Below the pieces are notes generated by a model. It saw only the letters and a program-made list of their open reading frames with translations, ran no database searches and was not told where the DNA came from. The position numbers were made by a program, and so were the translations under genes. Positions 16,946 to 25,035 of a DNA stretch of 64,000 nucleotides are shown here, piece after piece. The DNA lies in IMG/VR virus record IMGVR_UViG_3300037454_000542, positions 1-64,000 of that record; one strand, given 5' to 3'. The DNA comes from a virus (lineage: Duplodnaviria; Caudoviricetes). Within the stretch, counting starts at the first letter, position 1. Each line of letters begins with the position of its first letter.

Positions 16946-17666
16946 ACAGCTAAGGCAGTTACACCAAAGAATGCAACTAAATGTAAACTCAAGGCACGAA
17001 GACGAGCAAATCGCGGAAGTCGTCGCAGTTGTAATTGACGACCTGGAGAAAGAGTTTGACGTAAGAATTGTCTGGGAGAAGAGAATTCAGCTCAAGAAAA
17101 TAATTGCTGGCCTCAGAGATCAATACCCCGACGTTTCATTTGCAGACCCGGAGGTTGATGCCTCGTTCATGTCTCCCGACGGCGGGATAACATTCCTTGT
17201 TGATTGCGGTGGCAATAGGTATCCCATCCTGATCGGAGAAGTTAAAAACCAGGGAACAAACACCGCCAGGCTCCAAGAGGGACTGCCGAGACAGGCCAAA
17301 GGTAACGCTGTTGAAAGACTCGGGAAAAACGTAATTGGCTTCAAAACCTATATGCTTTCTGAATCAATTTTCCCATATGTCTGCTTCGGTGACGGTTGCG
17401 ACTTCGAAGAAGGCTCGTCTATTCTTGACAGAGTTTTGACAATAGCGATGTTTGGAGCCTTGAATCAAGACCATACATTTAACGAAGGGCCAAATGGTAT
17501 TTTTAATCGCGGCAGCTATTATTTTAGGGCGGAGAATTGGACTATTGACGAACTGTACGATATTTTATACGATGTGGCTAAAAGAAGTATTTACTATTAT
17601 TTTAGCAAATACGGAGAAGAAAACTTTAGGGGCTTCACCTCAACCGAGACAATCAGGTTTATATAA
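16932..17666 (+). CDS. EcoRI-family type II restriction endonuclease (start MAKSE at 16932)
   Basis: PDGG..EVKNQG (PD..ExK), GNAVER.KN and FPYV.F..G..F correspond to EcoRI PDGG/EAKHQG/GNAIERSHKN. Confidence 0.85.
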   Translation: MAKSEQLRQLHQRMQLNVNSRHEDEQIAEVVAVVIDDLEKEFDVRIVWEKRIQLKKIIAGLRDQYPDVSFADPEVDASFMSPDGGITFLVDCGGNRYPILIGEVKNQGTNTARLQEGLPRQAKGNAVERLGKNVIGFKTYMLSESIFPYVCFGDGCDFEEGSSILDRVLTIAMFGALNQDHTFNEGPNGIFNRGSYYFRAENWTIDELYDILYDVAKRSIYYYFSKYGEENFRGFTSTETIRFI

Positions 17667-17670
17667 AGCC

Positions 17671-17714
17671 AAAAAAACAAGGGCGTACCTTTTATGGGTA
17701 CGCCCTATTTTTTT
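17671..17714. terminator. Bidirectional terminator between the convergent modules
   Basis: A-tract, AGGGCGTACC/GGTACGCCCT stem, T-tract. Confidence 0.88.
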
Positions 17715-18726
17715 ACTTCGCCAAAACGGCTAAAGCATCGTCAATCTTTGTCTCGAGAACATAATTCTGGTCGTTCAGAAGAGAGACTTCTTTTTCATAA
17801 ACCTTGCGGTTTTCGTCTATTGTTTTTACCAGCTCGGTCACGCGATTCGCGTATTGGATCACCGTGTTGTTCAGCGCCATTCGCGTCGCGTCATCGAGTT
17901 CGCCGGTTTCGGGGAGCCCGACCTCGTTCTGGAACCGCTTAATCGTTTTCACCATACTCCCGCCAAAAGAACCATCCGGCAACCCTTCGGCGTTAAACGA
18001 GTGCGTTTTGACCTCTTCGTCGAAGCTGGCATCGATCTGTCTGAAGCGCATTTGCATACGCTTGACATCTTCGCCTTTGTCGCCCTTCTTGAGGTTCTTG
18101 TCGAGAAAGATAAAATATGAGCTGTTAGTCACTGGCGAGAGTCCGTAATACTCAGCGATCACGCCGACTTCAACGTCCGCCATTCTCTCGATATTACCCG
18201 GCGCCATAGCCCATTCGCAATAGGTCGGATTTGTGTGAAAGCTGTGCTCGACGATGATGCCGGGCGTGCCAACAGATGCCGCCCCTTTGAGAACGCCGAA
18301 ATAATCATAACCCGGATGTTTAGTGCTTTCCTGGGAATACATTATCGCGTCCTGACACTCGCCCCATTCCTCGCGGAAGAACTCAGTCAGCTTGTAGCCT
18401 ATTGCTTCGGCGATTCCTTTGCCGCCGGAGCGCACAGACCAGTGCGTGAACACGGAGTTAATCTCGGGTTTAGGCTGTTCGCCACCCGTAGCGTTGGAGT
18501 GAATGGAGATAAACAGGTCGCAACCCTCGGAGCATTTGCCACGGGCTTGCAAGGCCATGTCCTCGGCTTTAGTCGCGCGGGTTCCAATGACCTCGACACC
18601 GTATCTCTCAAGCCGCTCTTTCATCAGCAGATAATACTGCCAAGTAAAGTTAGACTCAACGTAGCCAGCAGCTACGCCGGGATTATAGTTATCGCCATAA
18701 TGCCCGGGATCTAAACATATTTTCAT
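17713..18726 (-). CDS. Endolysin: N-acetylmuramoyl-L-alanine amidase (Amidase_3) + PG-binding domain
   Basis: LDPGH, E, ISIHSNA, IIVEHSFHTN; LKKGDKGEDVK..DGSFG..FQ..GL..TG. Confidence 0.92.
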   Translation of the reverse strand: MKICLDPGHYGDNYNPGVAAGYVESNFTWQYYLLMKERLERYGVEVIGTRATKAEDMALQARGKCSEGCDLFISIHSNATGGEQPKPEINSVFTHWSVRSGGKGIAEAIGYKLTEFFREEWGECQDAIMYSQESTKHPGYDYFGVLKGAASVGTPGIIVEHSFHTNPTYCEWAMAPGNIERMADVEVGVIAEYYGLSPVTNSSYFIFLDKNLKKGDKGEDVKRMQMRFRQIDASFDEEVKTHSFNAEGLPDGSFGGSMVKTIKRFQNEVGLPETGELDDATRMALNNTVIQYANRVTELVKTIDENRKVYEKEVSLLNDQNYVLETKIDDALAVLAK

Positions 18727-18962
18727 TAAGCATCTCCCTCGTCTTCCTTTGCTTCCTCTTCTTCCTCTTTTGCTTCCTTTTCCGCCAGTTGCTGCCTTGC
18801 GATGTCAAGTATTACATTCTTCAAAGCGGAAAGTCCGGCAGCGATGGCGGGGATGAGCATTGCCTTCCAGCCGAGATTCGGGGTGATGACAATAGCGCCA
18901 ACAAAAGCCTGGACGAACGTCCAAATTACTCTCTCAAGGATGTCTTTCCAATTCAATTTCAT
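18726..18962 (-). CDS. Holin (two TM segments, acidic tail)
   Basis: ERVIWTFVQAF..AGLSALK pattern; directly upstream of the endolysin. Confidence 0.8.
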   Translation of the reverse strand: MKLNWKDILERVIWTFVQAFVGAIVITPNLGWKAMLIPAIAAGLSALKNVILDIARQQLAEKEAKEEEEEAKEDEGDA

Positions 18963-19026
18963 ACTTATTGCCCCTTTCTAATAATGAGAGGGCCGCACCC
19001 TTGCGAATGCGACCCGCATGACGATA

Positions 19027-19272
19027 TTATTCCTCAGTTTCGGTTTCGGGCTCAGGCGGAACATATTGCGTAACAACAAACTGCTGCTCCAAAATGCCGC
19101 CTTCTTGATCGATGACCTCGAGATAAACGCTGACAAACTGAGTGGATGTGATGGCCGCAGCTACGCGCTGATGGAACGTCGCACGCGTAATGGCCTCGGT
19201 CGAGTAACTGTTTATAGACGTGTTGGTAATTCCATCAGGTCTATTTTGAAGTTCAATGAGAAATGTACGCAT
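19027..19272 (-). CDS. Small hypothetical protein (possible fibre-associated)
   Basis: RBS GGAGG; lies between the fibre and the holin. Confidence 0.6.
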   Translation of the reverse strand: MRTFLIELQNRPDGITNTSINSYSTEAITRATFHQRVAAAITSTQFVSVYLEVIDQEGGILEQQFVVTQYVPPEPETETEE

Positions 19273-19291
19273 AATAAAACCTCCATTTGAA

Positions 19292-22200
19292 TTATGGCGT
19301 AGCTGTAATATAAGTAAAGTTAAAGATAAGTCCTGAGCTCGGTATAAGGTTTAACCAAGTGCCAACATTGCTCTGGAACATGCCACTATTTGAACTACCA
19401 GTAATGTAGCCGTATGTATTAAGTGTTGACTGCCCAGAGGTCACACCTATTGTCGCGTCGACTCTTGCTGCGCTCGATCCATCTTGCTGGAACTGGATGA
19501 CACTTGACATCGTCGCACTTGCCGCGTATGGAAGCCCCGTAAGACCAAGAGCCGTTGAGGTGTACTTCGGAATTGTTCCCCATACGGTCACTTGGCGCCC
19601 AACTTTGTAGTAGTTCGCCGTAAACGATATGGACATTCCATCAGTTAAAGTACAAGTTCCATCGCCGTCCATAGGGCCGCCGGTAAACAAATCCATGGCC
19701 CCCTTCGCCGAGTTCCAAGCATACACCGGATGGTCTAGTGCGAGTGAAAACTTATGCTTATCATGCGCTTGACCGAGATAGATGTAAATAAAGAAATTGG
19801 ATCCGGAATTTGGATTTGTCGTCGGAAGAACCTGTGTTAATCCTGAGACGTCCATTGTTGTAGGAACATTTCCGTCGTAATTTCCGCTGCTAATGTCCTG
19901 CCACAAATACGCGGACTGGTCTGAGAAATTATAAGTGGCTTTCATGTAGACCGGAAGGCCGGACGTGAAGCAGTTCGTTCCTGCAGTTCCGCTACGGTAA
20001 ACGTTAAACGCGTAGTCTGCTGTAACAACTTCGCAGCTTGTTCGGAAGCTCTGATAGTTACTACTTGTAACGAGCGTTCCGTTTGTGGCATTAGTTATCG
20101 TCGCAGTATCCTGATAGTAGCAGAACGTACCGAATGGATCGAACTTCCAAGTTCGATAGGATTTCTTCATATTCGAATAATCACTATTAGCAGTGCTTAC
20201 AGAAAACAGCGTTCGAACATGCGTAGCGTTGCTATCGTCTTTTGGGCAAGACACCATAAACTGATACCGATAGGTTGATCCGATAGTCTTGTATCCAAGT
20301 CCGATCGAGTTCGTTTGAATTCTATCCTTATCACAATTAAGAAGCCAGTAAGTGCCGTTATATGTGAACAAGAATGTCTCATTTTGAACCCACTCGGTGC
20401 CGTCCATTGCGGATACAACGCCATTTGTAAGCTTCATTATACGTTTAGCACCGGTTCCGTTGACGTTCATCTGAACGGAGTTAATAGAAGCGGTATTCGC
20501 ATAGTTAAGCGTTACAAATATACATGCACCTTTTACAAAATCTGCCGATGTAAATTCCGGACATGCAACAACTTTCGGGTCTGCACCAGCGCCAGAGTTG
20601 CATACCCCCTTAAATATCTGTGGATGTATGTCAACTGTCTGTGCAGAACCAGAAGAAGGTGTCGCCGTGAAACTATTAGTTCCGCCGGTAAAGGTATAAG
20701 TTGTACCTCCGCCTCCGCCTCCGCCATAGCTTACTTCATAAATAACGAAAGTATCCGAAGTAGTGATTCTAAGCTCATAATCGCGCGTATCTCCATCAGC
20801 GTCTTTGAAATACCTGAAACTAACAAACGATCCGCCATCCAAAGTGGCATAAAACGTTAGAGAATACGAATTGCCATCGAAGTCGAAAATCTGAGCATCA
20901 TCGTATATGACTACCGATTTTCCGCTATTTAACAAATCCCGAAGATCATCCCCAATGGCTTGGGCGACCGTTCCTGATGCTAGAGTTCCTGTAGCAGGAG
21001 TGGAATCAACGCTAAAACCGTAATGTGTATCGCTTGTCAATATCGTTACTGAATTAAGCGCGTCGTATACGGCTTTTGCACTGGGATACTGTGCGTCGGT
21101 TGAACCAGGCCCAATCCCGGTTGTTTTATTGCTAGTATACTCAAGTCCGCTTGGAAGTCTTGCGGCGTTTAGCGTCCCGCTCGAAATATTCGACGCATTA
21201 AGAGATGTTAAACTCGAGCCACTTCCACTGAAGGTAGTCGCATACAATGTGCCGGACGTATTTATGTACGCCATATTGCCCCACGATGACGAGCCGGATC
21301 CACGCTGATCGAAGTATAAGAAACCGCCTCTGTCTTGGATTCGCCAGTCGTTGTAGCTATCCGTAAGTGTTCCACGCTGAAATATCAGAGATTGAGAGTC
21401 GCCAGGGGTAGCCCCTTCTTTAAGTAGCGTTAAGTCGTTCTTGATTTCGCTAATTGTCTGCCAGGAACCATCATGCCGAAGGAATTTATTTGTGTCAGTT
21501 GTATCAATGGCTATATTTGACGTGCTAACTGAGCCGTCGTCGGCCTCGCTTTCAATAAGGAACTTATCTCCAGTCGAAACTGTGACCGGGTCGTCGTAAT
21601 CTGTCATGTAGCCTCCGTTGTCAATGCTGCCATGAGAGTGCGATGCCGTCGGAGGAGTTTGCCAGGTTCCGTCATTCCTAAGAAACGTAGTTGTTCCATT
21701 TCCAAGTTGAGGACCACTCTCAAGAGTATTTGTTCCGTTAAACTTTGCTAAATATCCAGAAAGCCCCGCACCGGTTACGTTATTTGCAATCGACGGCGTT
21801 ACATTAACGGTCTGGGCCGTTCCGCCAGAAGGAGTCACGGTGAAGCTGTTAGTCCCGTCGGCGAACGTGTATGTCGTATTTCCACTATCCGACGGAGTTG
21901 CCCATGTACCATCTTTGCGCAAAAACGTAGTGGTGTTTGTTGTATCAAACGCAAGAGCAGAGGGTGCTTCCAATGAGCTGGTGCCTATAATAATTCTGTC
22001 GCCAGTTGTAACGCTCCCCGCTTTCGCGATGGTGGATATACTAACGTCATCAGTCGAGTGCGTGTGGTTCAGAGGTGCATAGTTCGCTTCAATTATACCG
22101 CCGAACGCCGTCATCATTCCAGCCTTGCTGTTCCAGAAATACACTGTATTGTTATCGTACAGGTTAAGCTGATACTTGCTATACGCCTGCCCGAGTAGAA

Positions 22201-23812
22201 TATAAATGTAAAATGTCCCCGAAGCGAGACCAGAATTCGGGTCGGACGACGGGAGCGACTGAACGATGCTGCTTCGTTCGAGATAACTGCTGCTCGACAA
22301 GTTTGTTGTGAGCGTCGCTAGACGAGTCGTCGTATTGTAGAGTGCTTTAAGATAGACCGGATCATATGCGGTAAGAGCCGTGCTTCCGGCAGTACCGCTA
22401 CTGTTAATATTAAGACAGTATCGAACATCAAACTGAGATGCGCTCTTGAATTCGTTGGCGTCTCTTCCACTTCCAGCTGCTACAGCTGTTGAACCAGAGT
22501 AGTAAAGAATACCCCGGAACGGATCAAATGACGCGGTCATCAAAGCTTTGTTGTACGTTGTCGTCTTCGTCGACGCATGTGTCGTACTATTAAACGGAAT
22601 CACATCATTATTGGCGTCCAAGGCGCAAAGCACGTACGCAACGAGCCCACCTCCTCCGGTGGCTGTCGATACACGCATTGTCCGGTAGGTCAGTTGCGTT
22701 ACCGTATCTGCATCATAATCGGTATCACATACCCAATATGTTCCGGTATATACAAACCTATAAGTCATGTTCGCACGCAAATAACCAACACCAGGAAGGT
22801 TATTCTCTGCGGCGTTTCTCATGTACTTAATTCCCTTTGCGCCTGTACTGTTAACATTAAGCGTTAGGCTTGCTACGGCACCGCTATTTGTGGCGGTAAA
22901 CGTAACAAATATAACCGCTCCAGCAACAAGATCGCTTGACGTAAATTCGGGGCACGTGACGACTTTATTAACGGTTGCAGCTGCAGTTGCGCATGACCCT
23001 TTAAATATCTGAGGCTTAATGTTAACAGACTGCGCTGTTCCTTGAGAAGGAGTCGCCGTAAAGCTCTGCGTTCCACCTGTAAATGTGTATGTAGTATCAG
23101 AACTAGACGGCGGCGGCGCCCACGTGCCGTCCTGACGAAGGAAGTTTGTCGTATTCGACGTGTCGAAACCCGACGCCATTCGTTTGAGTTTCCCAGAGTC
23201 GTCCGTATCGGAAAATATCACAGCATCTCCGGTTGCTACGGCAGCCGACTCGGTTGCCGATGCCGTGACTTGGGTCGACGCTATAGACAGGTTCGAAATA
23301 GCGGTATCGGTATAGTTAATATAACCTGGGGCGGACGTGTCGAAATTATCTAAGGCCCAACCATCGCCCGAGTAATAGACAAGGTCTCCCTCGACCCCAT
23401 TCATAATAGCGCCGTTGAACGTTATGCCGTCAGGGAGGAGAATCTTCCAGTGGTTAGAATTGCCGATACCAGAAGTATCAAGGAGAAGTCCTTGCGCCAT
23501 TATGCCAACGCCAAACATATTTATAATCAAAGGCTTATGAATGGCGAGGCTAAAATCAGCAGAAGAAATCAGGTCTGAGTAAGTCGTTGGAACCGTTGAA
23601 CTGAAATTGTGGAACGTCACAAATACGCCAAGCGCAATGCTAATTTCAATATATGGCCCCGCCTTAACATCTTCTATTGCTTGGTAAACAACCTTATTCT
23701 GGACTGGATTTGTGCTCGAAGAAGAAAGAGCGGAATCGACCGTATGAACCGCCGAGGTGTCCCTCAAATCATACGTATCGGATCCGATTGTGAGTTGGTT
23801 CATTTCAGCCAT
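19292..23812 (-). CDS. Large tail fibre/receptor-binding protein with internal repeats
   Basis: Ser/Thr/Gly-rich; FLRxDGxW x4; TTYTF..GT.SFT.TPS x3; duplicated ~340-aa domain. Confidence 0.75.
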   Translation of the reverse strand: MAEMNQLTIGSDTYDLRDTSAVHTVDSALSSSSTNPVQNKVVYQAIEDVKAGPYIEISIALGVFVTFHNFSSTVPTTYSDLISSADFSLAIHKPLIINMFGVGIMAQGLLLDTSGIGNSNHWKILLPDGITFNGAIMNGVEGDLVYYSGDGWALDNFDTSAPGYINYTDTAISNLSIASTQVTASATESAAVATGDAVIFSDTDDSGKLKRMASGFDTSNTTNFLRQDGTWAPPPSSSDTTYTFTGGTQSFTATPSQGTAQSVNIKPQIFKGSCATAAATVNKVVTCPEFTSSDLVAGAVIFVTFTATNSGAVASLTLNVNSTGAKGIKYMRNAAENNLPGVGYLRANMTYRFVYTGTYWVCDTDYDADTVTQLTYRTMRVSTATGGGGLVAYVLCALDANNDVIPFNSTTHASTKTTTYNKALMTASFDPFRGILYYSGSTAVAAGSGRDANEFKSASQFDVRYCLNINSSGTAGSTALTAYDPVYLKALYNTTTRLATLTTNLSSSSYLERSSIVQSLPSSDPNSGLASGTFYIYILLGQAYSKYQLNLYDNNTVYFWNSKAGMMTAFGGIIEANYAPLNHTHSTDDVSISTIAKAGSVTTGDRIIIGTSSLEAPSALAFDTTNTTTFLRKDGTWATPSDSGNTTYTFADGTNSFTVTPSGGTAQTVNVTPSIANNVTGAGLSGYLAKFNGTNTLESGPQLGNGTTTFLRNDGTWQTPPTASHSHGSIDNGGYMTDYDDPVTVSTGDKFLIESEADDGSVSTSNIAIDTTDTNKFLRHDGSWQTISEIKNDLTLLKEGATPGDSQSLIFQRGTLTDSYNDWRIQDRGGFLYFDQRGSGSSSWGNMAYINTSGTLYATTFSGSGSSLTSLNASNISSGTLNAARLPSGLEYTSNKTTGIGPGSTDAQYPSAKAVYDALNSVTILTSDTHYGFSVDSTPATGTLASGTVAQAIGDDLRDLLNSGKSVVIYDDAQIFDFDGNSYSLTFYATLDGGSFVSFRYFKDADGDTRDYELRITTSDTFVIYEVSYGGGGGGGTTYTFTGGTNSFTATPSSGSAQTVDIHPQIFKGVCNSGAGADPKVVACPEFTSADFVKGACIFVTLNYANTASINSVQMNVNGTGAKRIMKLTNGVVSAMDGTEWVQNETFLFTYNGTYWLLNCDKDRIQTNSIGLGYKTIGSTYRYQFMVSCPKDDSNATHVRTLFSVSTANSDYSNMKKSYRTWKFDPFGTFCYYQDTATITNATNGTLVTSSNYQSFRTSCEVVTADYAFNVYRSGTAGTNCFTSGLPVYMKATYNFSDQSAYLWQDISSGNYDGNVPTTMDVSGLTQVLPTTNPNSGSNFFIYIYLGQAHDKHKFSLALDHPVYAWNSAKGAMDLFTGGPMDGDGTCTLTDGMSISFTANYYKVGRQVTVWGTIPKYTSTALGLTGLPYAASATMSSVIQFQQDGSSAARVDATIGVTSGQSTLNTYGYITGSSNSGMFQSNVGTWLNLIPSSGLIFNFTYITATP

Positions 23813-23840
23813 TATATATCGCTCCTTTCTCTAATGGCAC

Positions 23841-25019
23841 TTAGCTTGCAACGACGTTGACCGGCCCAATAGTGAGATTGCCTGAGGAGTACGCGTGCTT
23901 CACGATAAGCTCGCCGACCTTGGTCAAAAGAGCGTTGCCAGACGATATGGCTCCAACTTTACCAATTTGCCCATCGGTGCCTATAAGAATGTCTCCTTGT
24001 GATACCGTGTAACCGCCGATGACGTTAGAAGTAGATACGTTCACTGCCACCGTGAAGGAAAGCGCGTTCTTATAAAACCTGATATGATCCGTGCCGCCGC
24101 CGCTAATGTTGTTAATCTGGGTCTGGATGTTAGACGTCACGCCATCAAGGTAGCCGAGTTCTGTAGCAGAAACGGTGGAATGGGCCGCAAGCTCTCCGTC
24201 GCCATTGAAATATGCAGCCATATTGGTCGCGGTTTCATGAGTTACCTGGTCAGGAGTAATGGCTATATCGGCAGTTGTCACCGCAATCTTACCGTTTGTT
24301 TCCGAGATTTTGCTAATATGCTGATCTGCAGAAACGACAACTTCCGAATAGTCAAGAGCATTTATTGCGTTCGTAACCGTCGACACTGTAGCAGCCTTGT
24401 TACTACTCGCATTATATGTTCCATCAAACGTATACGTCGTGTCGGTGTTCACGTCGCCTACTCGTTCCCAGTTTGTACCATCGTACACAAATTCAACTAC
24501 CTGCCCGGCAGCAAAACCTGCGACTACGCCACCTCTATATTTTATATCTTTCAGCCCGGTGCCTGTAGTATCGCTCGAGCTTGAAACGATGTTCATCTTT
24601 GCTATACTGCTAGGCGCAACCCATGCGTTTTGAAATTTGACAATTATTCTCGCGCCGGCAGCAAGCGTTGCCCCGAACCCGGGACAAATAACAGACGCGT
24701 TTGACCCGCTTGACGAAGAACACACCCCATAGTGGATGATGTTTGCGCTACCATCGAAGTCAACGCCGTCAATCTTAGAGCCAGGTGTTAACGCCTCTGC
24801 GTACTCAGCAGTTCCGGGGATTTCTGCCGAAATCTGTTTAGTCGTATAGCTAATTTCGCCATTAGCGTTTTGTGTAATGCTGTCCACGAACGTGGTTGTC
24901 GTACCGGTCGTCGATGAAGGCCCGGTCACGGCGCTCTGGGTTCGTTTTGCGCCGGAGTCTTTTATGGTATACTCGTCAGTACCCATTGTGAGTTTTGTAA
25001 TGTCCCCAGCATTTGCCAT
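23841..25019 (-). CDS. Tail fibre-like protein
   Basis: IDGVDFDGSANI, YGVC..GARI.VKF..EFVYDGTNW motifs typical of fibre proteins. Confidence 0.7.
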   Translation of the reverse strand: MANAGDITKLTMGTDEYTIKDSGAKRTQSAVTGPSSTTGTTTTFVDSITQNANGEISYTTKQISAEIPGTAEYAEALTPGSKIDGVDFDGSANIIHYGVCSSSSGSNASVICPGFGATLAAGARIIVKFQNAWVAPSSIAKMNIVSSSSDTTGTGLKDIKYRGGVVAGFAAGQVVEFVYDGTNWERVGDVNTDTTYTFDGTYNASSNKAATVSTVTNAINALDYSEVVVSADQHISKISETNGKIAVTTADIAITPDQVTHETATNMAAYFNGDGELAAHSTVSATELGYLDGVTSNIQTQINNISGGGTDHIRFYKNALSFTVAVNVSTSNVIGGYTVSQGDILIGTDGQIGKVGAISSGNALLTKVGELIVKHAYSSGNLTIGPVNVVAS

Positions 25020-25035
25020 TTTATTTCAGCCCCTT

